Assembly: GCA_031416315.1 (NCBI GenBank)
Contig: JANOTL010000031.1
Coordinates: 1 to 64,000, forward strand
Direction of reading: 5' to 3'
From: Pseudomonadota bacterium
GTDB lineage: Bacteria; Bdellovibrionota_B; Oligoflexia; Oligoflexales; CAIYRB01
DNA length: 64,000 nucleotides
A program made the translations under genes and the position numbers. Positions 38,622 through 48,582 of the stretch are shown here, piece by piece (position 1 is the first letter of the stretch; the number at the start of each line of letters is the position of its first letter). The notes below the pieces were generated by a model, which did not search any database, had not been told where the DNA came from, and worked only from the letters and a program-made list of their open reading frames with translations.

Positions 38622-39743
38622 GTGGCTGGAGAGCGCCCACTCGACTCGATCCGCGCCGACATCCGTCAACTGGATGACGAGATCCTGCGGCTCGTCGGCA
38701 AGCGGTTGGAGCTGGCGCGCGAGGTGGGCGCGGTCAAGCGCGCCAAGTCCCTGCCGATCAAAGACTACCGGGTCGAGAAGGACGTCATCGACCGGGCGCG
38801 GATCCGCGGTGCCGAGCTCGGCGTCTACCCCGAGACGGCCGAGAGCGTCGCGCGCCTCTTGATCGAGCATGCCGTCCGAGCGCAGGACGAGCTGCATCGC
38901 GAAGCGAGCCGCCGCGAGCGCAAGTCCGAGCAGAAGCGGGTCGTCGTCGTCGGCGGGCGGGGCGGCATGGGGCGCTGGGTCACCGAGTTCTTCGAGTCCT
39001 TTGGGCACGAGGTCCAGCACTGCGACCGCAAGGAAGCGCCACCGGCACCCCAGACTTTGATCGAAAGCTTGGAGGATGCCGCAGCCAGTGCCGACATCAT
39101 CGTCCTTTCGACCCCGATCAGCGTTACCCCTCCCCTTCTCGAGCGCCTCACCGCGATGCAGGCTCCGGGGCTCGTGTTCGACATCTGCTCGTTAAAGACC
39201 CCTTTGGTTCCTGCCCTTCAGGCTGCCGCCCGCGCCGGGCTCAGGGTCACGTCGGTGCATCCGATGTTCGGACCGAGCGCCCGTCTCCTCGCCGGGCGCA
39301 ATATCATCGTGTGCGAGGTCAACGACTCGCCGGGCGCCAAGGCGGCCGCGAGCGCCGCGTCCGAGCTTTTCGCGGACACGACCGCACAGCTCGTGGAAAT
39401 GCCGCTCGCGCGCCACGACGAGCTCATGGGCATCGTGCTTGGCCTTTCGCACCTGTCGAGCCTGGTGTTCGCGGAGGCGCTGGCGCTTTCAGGGGTACCC
39501 CATGCCGAGCTCCACCGCGTCGCCAGCACGACGTTCCAGGCTCAGCTGGGCGTCACGGTCCCGGTCACGTCCGAGAATCAGGACCTCTACTTCGAAATTC
39601 AGGATCAAAATCGTCATACCCCCGAGACGATTGCGACTTTGCGCGCCGCCCTCACGTCTTATGCCGAGGCTCTCGGCAAACGCGACCGCGCAGGATTCAA
39701 ACGTCTCATGCAGCGCGGAAAAAGCTATCTAGGACCCGGGTGA
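38622..39743 (+). CDS. tyrA: Bifunctional chorismate mutase / prephenate dehydrogenase
   Basis: IR..I..LD.EIL.L..KR mutase domain; VVGGRGGMG, DICSLK, HPMFGP. Confidence 0.93.
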   Translation: MAGERPLDSIRADIRQLDDEILRLVGKRLELAREVGAVKRAKSLPIKDYRVEKDVIDRARIRGAELGVYPETAESVARLLIEHAVRAQDELHREASRRERKSEQKRVVVVGGRGGMGRWVTEFFESFGHEVQHCDRKEAPPAPQTLIESLEDAAASADIIVLSTPISVTPPLLERLTAMQAPGLVFDICSLKTPLVPALQAAARAGLRVTSVHPMFGPSARLLAGRNIIVCEVNDSPGAKAAASAASELFADTTAQLVEMPLARHDELMGIVLGLSHLSSLVFAEALALSGVPHAELHRVASTTFQAQLGVTVPVTSENQDLYFEIQDQNRHTPETIATLRAALTSYAEALGKRDRAGFKRLMQRGKSYLGPG

Positions 39744-39808
39744 TTTAGTAGATTTTAACTGAAGATCCTAGGATTCAACTAGAATTCGTAGAAGCACGAG
39801 GTGACCGG

Positions 39809-40465
39809 GTGACGGGTGCCCGCATCAGCCTTATGATCGTCGACGACCATCCCTTGGTCCGGGACAGCCTGAGCTATTTTTTAGGCGCTGAAGGCGGCTT
39901 CGACGTCCTCGGCAGCGTCGCGACTGCCGACGCATGCTACGAAGCGCTTTCCGAGGGAGTCGATCCCGACATCGTGCTGATGGACATCGAGATGCCCGGC
40001 AGCTCGGCGTTCCGCGTCGCCATGGACTTGAAGAAACAAGGCCATCGAGCGCGCTTCGTGTTCCTGACCGCTTACCTGACCGACGCCAACCTCGGGGAAG
40101 CCCTGCAGCTCGGCGTTTGCGGCTATCTGCTCAAGCAAGCCGACGTGAAGGATCTCGCGGACGCGATCCGGGAGGTCGCCGCCGGGCGCAGCGCCTTCGG
40201 CCCGGAGGTCCGTAAGCGCCTCGAGGGCACCGCCCGCCTCGTCTCGCGCGTATCCTTGATGACGGCTCGCGAAAAAGAGGTGCTGCGCTGCGTCGCGAGC
40301 GACCTCTCGGGAAAAGAGATCGCCGTGAAGCTCGGCTTGAGCGTTCGCACCGTCGATCGCCACAAAGCCAACATTATGGAGAAGCTCAAGATCCACAGCC
40401 AGGTCGGACTGACGCGGTTCGCCGTCGCCGAGGGGCTGTGCGATCCGCGCTTCTCCAACGTCTGA
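39809..40465 (+). CDS. NarL/LuxR family response regulator
   Basis: VDDH, MDIEMP, MTAREKEVL...KEIA..LGLSVRTVDRHKANIM. Confidence 0.93.
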   Translation: MTGARISLMIVDDHPLVRDSLSYFLGAEGGFDVLGSVATADACYEALSEGVDPDIVLMDIEMPGSSAFRVAMDLKKQGHRARFVFLTAYLTDANLGEALQLGVCGYLLKQADVKDLADAIREVAAGRSAFGPEVRKRLEGTARLVSRVSLMTAREKEVLRCVASDLSGKEIAVKLGLSVRTVDRHKANIMEKLKIHSQVGLTRFAVAEGLCDPRFSNV

Positions 40466-41071
40466 ATGAGCGAGCCGACGCTAACGGATGCGGCCCGGCG
40501 TGAGCTGGACGATCTCTTGCAGCAGATCGCTCGGTCGATCGCGCACGAGGCGAACAATCTCCTGTTTATCGAGGAGATTCTGGCGAAGACGCCGAGCGCG
40601 GGTCGCGGCGGCGGTGGCGGAGAGCTGCGGCGCGGGATCGAGCAAATGCGGCAGGACGCGAAACTCATCAGCCACATCCTCGGCAATGTCGGCAAACCCG
40701 TCGCGCTCTCGGTCGGAGCCCTGATCGACCAGGTCGTCTCGGCGCTCGGCAAGCAGTCGAGCTTGCGCGAGGCGATCCTCTGGGACGCTCCGGAGCCCGT
40801 CCGCGCGCTGTGCCTCAGGGAACGCCCAGGTCACGTGCAGATCATCTTGCAAAGGCTTTGCGAGCACAACGCCGTGCGCGCCAGCGGCGACGGCACCCGT
40901 TACGGATTTGTCGTCAGCGCCGACGAAGACGCGATCACGTTCGCGATGCGGCCGTCCGCCGCGGTGCCGCTGCCCCACTCGACGGCGCTCGCGCGCGAGC
41001 TCGCTTCGCGAAGCGGACTCGCGATGCACGAGGACGAGGCTGGGATCCGTCTCATGGCGCCGCTGGCGTAA
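40466..41071 (+). CDS. Sensor-less histidine-kinase-like protein (H-box plus degenerate catalytic domain)
   Basis: SIAHEANNLL H-box; no intact N, G1 or G2 boxes seen. Confidence 0.65.
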   Translation: MSEPTLTDAARRELDDLLQQIARSIAHEANNLLFIEEILAKTPSAGRGGGGGELRRGIEQMRQDAKLISHILGNVGKPVALSVGALIDQVVSALGKQSSLREAILWDAPEPVRALCLRERPGHVQIILQRLCEHNAVRASGDGTRYGFVVSADEDAITFAMRPSAAVPLPHSTALARELASRSGLAMHEDEAGIRLMAPLA

Positions 41072-41087
41072 GCTGCCGCGAAGGTCT

Positions 41088-41741
41088 TCACATGTTGAGG
41101 TCGGCGATCCCGGTCTCGACGGCGAAGCGCGTCAAACCCACCTGGTTGTGGATGTCGAGCTTGGCCATGATGTTCGCCTTGTGGTTGGTCACGGTCCACG
41201 TCGAGATCTTCAGGATCTCCGAGATCTCTTTGGCGCTGCGCCCTTGGCTTACGTAGTGCAGGACCTCACGCTCGCGGCGCGTCAGCAGGGAAAGACGGGT
41301 CTTCACGCCGTCCTTCTCGCCGCCTTCGAGCGTGACGCGGCCTTGAACCTCCGGCGACAGGTAGCGCTCGCCGCGGACGGCGGCGCGGGCAGCGGCGACG
41401 ACCTCGGAAAGCGGCTCGCTCTTCAGCACATAGCCGAGGGCGCCCGATTGGAACGCCTTCTCGATGAAAAGATCGTCGTCGTGCCCGGTGATGAAGACGA
41501 ACTTCATGCCGGGGCGCTCAATTAACGCCTTGTCGACGAAGTCAAAGGAAAAGCCGCCCTTCACCTTGACGTCCACGATCGCGATCTCCGGCGACGACTC
41601 GCGCATCCGGACGAGCGCCTCGTCGGAGCCGTCGCAGCGCGCCACGATCTTGAATTCGCCTTGAGCCTCGAGATAGGAGGCGAGGCCGTCGAGGATGACC
41701 GGATGATCGTCGAGGATCAGGACTCTTATGGCTTCGGTCAT
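41088..41741 (-). CDS. NarL/LuxR family response regulator
   Basis: LDDH, IVDVK, LTRREREVL...KEIS..LKISTWTVTNHKANIM. Confidence 0.93.
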   Translation of the reverse strand: MTEAIRVLILDDHPVILDGLASYLEAQGEFKIVARCDGSDEALVRMRESSPEIAIVDVKVKGGFSFDFVDKALIERPGMKFVFITGHDDDLFIEKAFQSGALGYVLKSEPLSEVVAAARAAVRGERYLSPEVQGRVTLEGGEKDGVKTRLSLLTRREREVLHYVSQGRSAKEISEILKISTWTVTNHKANIMAKLDIHNQVGLTRFAVETGIADLNM

Positions 41742-41823
41742 GACGGCACCCGGCTGGAAATGGGGAGAGTAGGGACTTTACGGCCCACTGTGGCATGAAA
41801 AACGTCGGCGCGGCAAACAAGTT

Positions 41824-43188
41824 TCAGTGACGTGTGGCGCCCGCGAGGATGGTCGAGATGACGAAGGCCATCTCTAGGCTCTGGCTGTAATTGAGGCGAG
41901 GGTCGCAAAAAGTCTCGTAGTTGCGCGAGAGATCGGCTTCGCCCAGGCCTTCCGAGCCGCCGACGCACTCGGTGACGTCCTCACCCGTCAGCTCGAAGTG
42001 AACGCCACCCAAGCGCGACCCGAGCTCCCGATGGACGATGAAGGACCGTCTGAGCTCCGCCAGGATGTGGTCGAAGTCGCGCGTCTTGATACCGCCCTTC
42101 GTCTTGACCACGTTGCCGTGCATAGGGTCGGCGCTCCACAGGAGCGTGCGACCGGACCTGCGGACGGCCTCGATCGCGCGGGGAAGGGCCGCATCGACCT
42201 TCTCGTGGCCGAAGCGCGTGATCAGGGTGATGCGGCCTGGCTCGCGATGGGGGTCAAGGGCGTCGATTAGCTCCAGCATCTCGGCCGGATCGGCCGTGGG
42301 GCCCCACTTGACGCCGATCGGGTTGCCGATGCCCCGGTAATACTCCACGTGCGCGCCGGGGGTCTCGCGGGTGCGATCGCCGATCCACAGCATGTGCGCG
42401 CCGAGGTTGTAGTGACGGTCGCGCTGGGCGACGAAGCGGGTCATCGCCTCCTCGAAGCCGAGGAGGAGCCCCTCATGCGAGGTGAAGAAGTCGATGGTGC
42501 CGAGCGACTCCTCGCGCACGCCGCCGAGCGAGCCCATGAAGGCGATGGCGTCCTGAATCGATGTGACGACCTGCTCGTAGCGAGCGCGTTGGGCGCTCTT
42601 GCCGACGAATGAGAGGTTCCAGTTCTCCGGATGGTGCAGGTCGGCAAAACCGCCGGTAATCATGGCGCGCACATAGTTCAAGGTCATCGACGCCGTGTGG
42701 TAGCCGGTGAGGAGGCGGCGCGGATCCGGCCTGCGGTGGACGGGGTCGGGGTCGAAGGAGTTGATGTTGTCGCCGCGGAAGACCGGCAGCTCCTGGCCGT
42801 CGACGAGCTCGGTGTCCACCGAGCGGGGCTTCGCGTACTGGCCCGCGATGCGTCCGACGCGGACGACGGGCTGACGCGCGCCGTAGCAAAGCACGACCGA
42901 CATCTGGAGAAGGATCTTGATCTTGCTCGTGATGGCGTCCGGAGTGCAGTCCTGGAAGCGCTCGGCGCAGTCGCCGCCCTGCAGGAGAAAGCGCTTGCCC
43001 GCGGCGGCCTCGGCCAGCTGGCGCTTCAAGTTCTCGACTTCACCGACGAAGACGAGTGGCGGATAGGCCTTCATCTGCGCGAGAACCTCGGTCAGGGCCC
43101 GAGGATCGTCGTAGCTCGGCTGCTGCTTAATCGGAAAGGAGCGCCAGGAGGTCGGAGACCAGGGAAGGACGGGAGGGACGAGGGTCAA
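41824..43188 (-). CDS. Class II DAHP synthase
   Basis: LQGGDCAE, GRIAGQYAKPRS, LWIGDRT, DPMHGN, CDPRLN; start 43188 or 43215. Confidence 0.96.
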   Translation of the reverse strand: MTLVPPVLPWSPTSWRSFPIKQQPSYDDPRALTEVLAQMKAYPPLVFVGEVENLKRQLAEAAAGKRFLLQGGDCAERFQDCTPDAITSKIKILLQMSVVLCYGARQPVVRVGRIAGQYAKPRSVDTELVDGQELPVFRGDNINSFDPDPVHRRPDPRRLLTGYHTASMTLNYVRAMITGGFADLHHPENWNLSFVGKSAQRARYEQVVTSIQDAIAFMGSLGGVREESLGTIDFFTSHEGLLLGFEEAMTRFVAQRDRHYNLGAHMLWIGDRTRETPGAHVEYYRGIGNPIGVKWGPTADPAEMLELIDALDPHREPGRITLITRFGHEKVDAALPRAIEAVRRSGRTLLWSADPMHGNVVKTKGGIKTRDFDHILAELRRSFIVHRELGSRLGGVHFELTGEDVTECVGGSEGLGEADLSRNYETFCDPRLNYSQSLEMAFVISTILAGATRH

Positions 43189-43265
43189 AGGAGATCGCCT
43201 TTCACGCGTAGCCAAAACCGCGTAACCTAAGCGTTATACACTCGCTGTCCGGGGAAGGCAAAGGC

Positions 43266-44126
43266 GTGAAAGCGGCCCATCTGCTATCGAATCTAGGCCT
43301 TCTGGGCTTCGCCCTCGCGTCGGTCGTCTTCCTCGTCGCCCAGCAGGTCGGCGAGCGCGGGGCGCCCGAGTCGGGTCGGCGAGAAGGGCCGTACGCGGCC
43401 GTAGCCTTAGGGCTTTTCGTCGCCGCGAGCCTCGCCGTGACCGGCGCCCTCGCGGCTGGTTTCCGCGAAGTCGGCTTCGCCGACGTCACGTCCCTCCTCC
43501 TCGCGGGGTCGATCGGCTGGCTCGCGATCCTGGCGCACACGGTCTTCAAGATGCGGCTGATCGGCGCCTTCGTCGCGCCGCTGTCGACCTTGATCCTCCT
43601 GATCCGCTGGTTCGTCGCCCCGGCGCGCATGACCGCGGTCCCGGAGGCGAAGACGAACGTCCTCCTCGCGATGCACGTGATTCCCGCCGTGCTCGGACAG
43701 GCGTTCGCCATCATCGCCTGCGCGGTCTCGGTCGTCTTCCTGTGGCAGCAGTCGCTGCTGAAGAAGAAGCTCCTCGATCAGATCCCGAAGAACATTCCGG
43801 CGATCGACAAGCTCGAGCGGATTCTGATGCTGTCGCTTTGGTGCGGCTTCCTCTTCATCACCATCGGCCTCCTCTCCGGCGCGCTCTATGCGCAGCTCAA
43901 CGCGCCGGCGCTCGGCTTTGCCTTGCAGCTGAAGGCGATCTGGGCGACGGGCGTTTGGCTCTGGTATCTGGTGACCCTGCTCGCGCGCAACGCCTTCAAC
44001 TGGCCATCGAAGCGGGTGGCGCAGATGAGCCTCGGCGGCTTCGTCCTGCTCGCGATCACGTATTTCGGCATGGGCTTCTTCACGGCGGTGGCGGACGTCG
44101 CCACAGGAGGCGCCCTCGGGCCATGA
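43266..44126 (+). CDS. Cytochrome c assembly CcsA/HemX-like membrane protein
   Basis: Multi-TM, conserved His (AMHV), QQ..LKKK, directly upstream of hemA. Confidence 0.85.
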   Translation: MKAAHLLSNLGLLGFALASVVFLVAQQVGERGAPESGRREGPYAAVALGLFVAASLAVTGALAAGFREVGFADVTSLLLAGSIGWLAILAHTVFKMRLIGAFVAPLSTLILLIRWFVAPARMTAVPEAKTNVLLAMHVIPAVLGQAFAIIACAVSVVFLWQQSLLKKKLLDQIPKNIPAIDKLERILMLSLWCGFLFITIGLLSGALYAQLNAPALGFALQLKAIWATGVWLWYLVTLLARNAFNWPSKRVAQMSLGGFVLLAITYFGMGFFTAVADVATGGALGP

Positions 44127-45451
44127 CGGAGCGCGCGCCCGGCCAGCCGATGATCTTCCTTCTCGGCACGAGCCATCGCTCGGCGCCGGTCGAGCTGCGC
44201 GAGCGGCTTTACGCGCTGGAAGACGAGCTCACGCTGATCCTGCCGACGATCCGCGACCGCTTCGGGCTGCACGAGGTCGCGGCGCTGTCGACGTGCAACC
44301 GGTTCGAGCTCTACGGCGTGGTCGAGGGCCGGCACGAGCTGGCGCATCACCTGACCGAGGCCTACCTAGAGCTTCACAAGGCGCGCTCTACCTCGGCCGG
44401 CTTGCCCGAGGACGAGGTCAGGCGGGCCTTGTATCTGCATTTGGACGAGGACGCCGCACGCCACGTATACCGCGTCGCGTCGAGCCTGGACTCGCTCGTC
44501 CTGGGCGAGACGCAGATTACCGGGCAATTCAAGGACGCGATGGCCCTGGCGCAACGCGTGAAGACGATGGGTCCCATGCTCTCGAGGCTAACCCAGGACG
44601 CCCTCGCGACGGCGAAGAAGGTGCGGACGCAGACGGCGATCGGCAAGAAGAACGTCAGCATCAGCCACGCGGCGATCGAGCTGGCGCAACGCGTCTTCGG
44701 CGAGCTGGGGAAGCACGCGTTCCTGATCGTCGGCGCCGGCGAGATGGCCAACGTCGCCGCGAAATACATCATGTCCTATAAGCCGAAGGCGCTCTATGTC
44801 GCCAATCGGACGGTGGAGAAGGCACGCGAGCTGGTGCGCGAAGTGGGCTTCGGCGAGGCGACCTCGATCGACGAGCTGCCGGAGCTATTGACGCGGGCAG
44901 ACATCGTGCTGAGCTCGACGGCATCGCCGACCGAAGTCATCAGCGCCGACATGGTGCGGCGCGCGAAGGCTTCGCGCCGCGGAAGGCCCATGATCCTCCT
45001 CGACATCGCCATGCCGCGCGACATCGACCCTGAATGCGGCAAGCTCGAGGACGTCTACCTCTTCGACATCGACGACCTGAAGCAAGTGGTCGGACAGAAC
45101 TACGAGGAGCGCCGCAAGGCGGCCGAGGAGGCCGAGGTTTTGATCGAGCGCGGGCTCGTCGACTTCGCCGCCTGGCGCCGGACGCTTGCGGTGAAGCCGG
45201 CCCTCGCCGGGTTCCGGGGCTACCTCGACCAGCTGATCGAGAAGGAAGCGCAAAAGACCCTCGGCAAGGACGCGTTCAAGGAGCTAACGCCTAAGCAGCG
45301 GGAGGCCCTCGCGGCGCTTTTCGCCGCCGTGTCCGCACGGATCTCGGGCGACGCCAGCCAGCGCGTCCTGAATCCACCCGAGGGATATTTCCAAGAGCAG
45401 CTCGCCGACGCCCTGCAGGCGCTGTTCCCCGGCAAAAGGGATCCGGAATGA
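44123..45451 (+). CDS. hemA: Glutamyl-tRNA reductase
   Basis: STCNRFE, SLDSLVLGETQI, VGAGEM, DIAMPRDI. Confidence 0.97.
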   Translation: MTERAPGQPMIFLLGTSHRSAPVELRERLYALEDELTLILPTIRDRFGLHEVAALSTCNRFELYGVVEGRHELAHHLTEAYLELHKARSTSAGLPEDEVRRALYLHLDEDAARHVYRVASSLDSLVLGETQITGQFKDAMALAQRVKTMGPMLSRLTQDALATAKKVRTQTAIGKKNVSISHAAIELAQRVFGELGKHAFLIVGAGEMANVAAKYIMSYKPKALYVANRTVEKARELVREVGFGEATSIDELPELLTRADIVLSSTASPTEVISADMVRRAKASRRGRPMILLDIAMPRDIDPECGKLEDVYLFDIDDLKQVVGQNYEERRKAAEEAEVLIERGLVDFAAWRRTLAVKPALAGFRGYLDQLIEKEAQKTLGKDAFKELTPKQREALAALFAAVSARISGDASQRVLNPPEGYFQEQLADALQALFPGKRDPE

Positions 45452-46437
45452 CGAAGATCGTGATTGCGACGCGCGGCAGCATGCTGGCCCTCTGGCAGGC
45501 CGACTACGTGACCGGCCTTTTGACGGCGCGGGGACACGAGTGCGAGAAGCTCGTGGTGAAGACGACGGCCGACCGCGTGCAGGACCGCTTCCTCCACGAG
45601 ATGGGCGGCAAAGGCCTCTTCGTGAGGGAGCTGGAAGAGGCGCTGGCCGACGGCCGCGCGCAGATCGCCGTGCATAGCCTGAAGGACATGACGGCGAACC
45701 TCGAGCCGCGCTTCGTTCTCGGCGCGGTCTTGCTGCGCCACGCGCCGACCGACGTGATGATTTTCCAGAGCGCGGTGGCGAAACGGCTCGGCGTCGAGGC
45801 GTTGCCGCAGGAGCTCACCGCCGCGGCCGTGGGGCAGTTCGGCGCCCTGAAGATCGGCACCGGCAGCCTGAGGCGGCAGGCGATCCTGAAAAAGGCGATG
45901 CCGCTGGCGACGACGGTCGGGATTCGCGGCAACGTCGACACGCGGCTTCGCAAGCTCGAGGCCGGGGAATGGGATGCCATCATCCTGGCGGAGGCCTCGC
46001 TCGACCGCCTGGGAATTCGCAACGTACCGTACCGGCGCTTGGCGGCGGACTGGTTCATACCTTGCGCGTCGCAGGGCGCGCTCGCAATCGAATGCTTGGC
46101 GGAAGGTCCGGCGCGGGATTGGCTTTCACCCTTGGCTTCGGCGGAGACGACGCGCGCCATCGAGGTCGAGCGCGGGCTCCTGGCACGGCTCGGCGGCGAC
46201 TGCAACCTGCCGTTCGGATGCCTGGTCGCGCGCGACGCGAAAGACCGCGAGACGATGGTCGGGCGCGCCGCCGTCTGGAATCCAAAGGGGGAGAAGGCGG
46301 AGTTCGTCGTGAAAATGTCGGTTGCGAGCTTCGCGCCTCAGGCAATGCTCGATCAGCTCGCGGCGGGGCTCAAGCACAACGGCGTCGCGCGCATCCTCGC
46401 CGACCTCGGGCTCACCGTGCCGGCGGCGTTCGCGTGA
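45448..46437 (+). CDS. hemC: Hydroxymethylbilane synthase
   Basis: ATRGS.LALWQ, GKGLF, VHSLKD, GSLRR, RGNVDTRL, GGDC. Confidence 0.96.
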   Translation: MTKIVIATRGSMLALWQADYVTGLLTARGHECEKLVVKTTADRVQDRFLHEMGGKGLFVRELEEALADGRAQIAVHSLKDMTANLEPRFVLGAVLLRHAPTDVMIFQSAVAKRLGVEALPQELTAAAVGQFGALKIGTGSLRRQAILKKAMPLATTVGIRGNVDTRLRKLEAGEWDAIILAEASLDRLGIRNVPYRRLAADWFIPCASQGALAIECLAEGPARDWLSPLASAETTRAIEVERGLLARLGGDCNLPFGCLVARDAKDRETMVGRAAVWNPKGEKAEFVVKMSVASFAPQAMLDQLAAGLKHNGVARILADLGLTVPAAFA

Positions 46438-47192
46438 GCGTCGAGCGGCTGGTGATCTGGACGCGCAGCCGCGCCGACTGGGACGAGGATCGAGCGCTCT
46501 TGGCGCGACTTGGCCTAACGGGCAGCTCGGTGCTGCACGTCCCGTGCGTCGCCCTGGCGGCGGTGCCCGTCGGTCCGATTGGTTATGGTGAGTATTCGGA
46601 CTGGGTGCTCACGAGCGCGCACGCGGTCGAGTTCTTTGCGGCCGATCCCGAGCGGCTCGGAGCGCTGCGCGCCGCGCCTCGGGTTCACACCTTCGGCGAG
46701 GCGACGACGGCGGCGCTGAGGAAACTCGGCGCGCACGTCGAGGCGCACGAGGGGCTGCGAACGGCGGAGGAGCTGACGGCGCGCCTGGCCCTGAGCTTGC
46801 CTGAGACGGCAAAGGTCGTGGTGCCGGGGGCGCGTGAGCCGGCGTTCGACGTAGCGGGAGCCTTGAAAGCCGGGGGCCGGAAAGCCGAGGCGGTGGCGTG
46901 CTACGCGACCGTGACCGGCGCAAAACGTAGCGACGGCAGCGCGTTTTCGGCGGCGCACGCGAAAATACTGCCAGAAACCTGGAGCGGGGTCGCGTGCTTC
47001 GCGAGCCCGTCGGCGGTGCGGGGATTCACCGCGGTCTTCGCTGCGACGCCGCGGTTGGTCGCCTTGGCGCTCGGGCCGTCGACGGCGGCCGCGGCGCGCC
47101 GCCACGCGTTCGCGTCGGTGCAGGTTGCGCCGGAGAACACGCTCGAAAGCATGGCTAAAACCGCGGCAGCGCTCGGCGCGGGTGACGCGTAA
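46434..47192 (+). CDS. hemD: Uroporphyrinogen-III synthase
   Basis: LTSAHAV, G..T, CY.T, FASPSAV, LGPSTA; follows hemC. Confidence 0.85.
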   Translation: MSVERLVIWTRSRADWDEDRALLARLGLTGSSVLHVPCVALAAVPVGPIGYGEYSDWVLTSAHAVEFFAADPERLGALRAAPRVHTFGEATTAALRKLGAHVEAHEGLRTAEELTARLALSLPETAKVVVPGAREPAFDVAGALKAGGRKAEAVACYATVTGAKRSDGSAFSAAHAKILPETWSGVACFASPSAVRGFTAVFAATPRLVALALGPSTAAAARRHAFASVQVAPENTLESMAKTAAALGAGDA

Positions 47193-47227
47193 CCAGGGCT
47201 GGCTCGACAGGGCCCCGCCTGGGTGGG

Positions 47228-47824
47228 CTACTTCGCCGCGCAGTCGAAAGCGGGCGCGTCGCCTTGGTCGCCGTCCACCGTGGCGCGCGCCGAGTCGTTG
47301 GAGACGTCGATCTTCAAGCCGCGAACCGGCACCGAGAAGATCGCCTTGCGCACGGTGACGCCGCGCATTGCGCAAATTTCCAGGGCGTGCTCGCCGCGCA
47401 TCACGTAGTCGAAAGACACCGTGCCTTGCAGGATGATCTTCGGATTCCGGATGATCCCCATGACGACGTTGGTCATCGCTTCCATCGCCTCGCCCGAGCC
47501 CGCGGCGGAGCAGAGTCCGGCGGCGCAGGTCACGGCGAGGCCGTCCGGCCAACCGGCTTTGACGCGCTCGCGCTCGGTCTCGGGCATCGGCACGCCGGTG
47601 AGCATTTCTTCGATGCCGAAACGGCCGCGATCCGCGTCGGGCGCCGCGAGCGCTCCGGCGTGGGCGACGAACGCCGCCATCGAGGCGCGATCGAGATTCT
47701 CCGGCGCAATCTCGTAAAGGGCTTTGGGCGCCGAGGGCGCGACGGGTGCGGCGCCGCCACAGGCGCTGAGGGCGAGAGCGAGCGTACCGAGGCCGCAGAG
47801 CGGCGCGAAGGAACGAGAGCGCAT
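47228..47824 (-). CDS. Hypothetical lipoprotein
   Basis: Lipobox LSAC; GAGG RBS. Confidence 0.75.
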   Translation of the reverse strand: MRSRSFAPLCGLGTLALALSACGGAAPVAPSAPKALYEIAPENLDRASMAAFVAHAGALAAPDADRGRFGIEEMLTGVPMPETERERVKAGWPDGLAVTCAAGLCSAAGSGEAMEAMTNVVMGIIRNPKIILQGTVSFDYVMRGEHALEICAMRGVTVRKAIFSVPVRGLKIDVSNDSARATVDGDQGDAPAFDCAAK

Positions 47825-47946
47825 AGAAACCTCGTGTTGGGCTTGGATGAAAGCCTGATGAAAGCGACGTGAAACTGGGAGTTCCGTCCAAATACATGCC
47901 TCGGTCGCGACAGATTTGCTATCGTGGAATTCTCGGGAGATTCGCG

Positions 47947-48582
47947 ATGAAGCTCAGGCCGGTGCTCTTTCGCTGCATCGTCACACTAGGGACGCTTTTT
48001 GCTGCAGGAGCGGCGTCCGCCAAGGATTTGAAGGTGCTGTGCCTCGGCGACTCCTTGACCGAGGGACTTGGCGTGGCGCCCGACGACGCCTGGCCGTCAG
48101 TGCTCGAGAAGGAGCTGCGCGCTGGCGCTTTTCCGGGCATCAAGCTGATCAATGCCGGCATCAGCGGCGCGACCGCGGCCTCGGGTCCTGGCCGTTTGAA
48201 ATGGCACCTGAAGGGCGAGGGCAAGCCGGACGTCCTGATCCTCGAGCTCGGCGCGAACGACGGCCTGCGCGGGCAGGACGTCGCGGCGATGAAGAAGGCG
48301 CTGCAGGAGGCGATCCGCGCCGCGAAGGCCGCGAGCGTCAAGGTGCTTTTGGCCGGCATGATGGTGCCGACCAACTACGGCAAAGAGTATGCGTTACGCT
48401 TCGAAAAGACGTTCACGGACCTGGCGAAGGAAGAAGGCGTCGCCCTCATCCCTTTCTTCCTCGAAGGCGTCGCCGCCGATCCGAAGCTGAATCAGGCCGA
48501 TGGCATCCACCCGAACGCGTCCGGCCACAAGATCGTCGCGACCACCGTGAAAAAACACCTGGAGCCCTTGCTCACACCATGA
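47947..48582 (+). CDS. tesA: Arylesterase / GDSL lipase (TesA-like)
   Basis: GDSLT, NAGISG, ELGANDGLRG, DGIHPN. Confidence 0.93.
   Translation: MKLRPVLFRCIVTLGTLFAAGAASAKDLKVLCLGDSLTEGLGVAPDDAWPSVLEKELRAGAFPGIKLINAGISGATAASGPGRLKWHLKGEGKPDVLILELGANDGLRGQDVAAMKKALQEAIRAAKAASVKVLLAGMMVPTNYGKEYALRFEKTFTDLAKEEGVALIPFFLEGVAADPKLNQADGIHPNASGHKIVATTVKKHLEPLLTP

Noticed and set aside
41769..41788. DosR-box-like GTAGGGACTTTACGGCCCAC upstream of RR2
   Set aside because: Only one half-site matches well and there is no second copy to support it.
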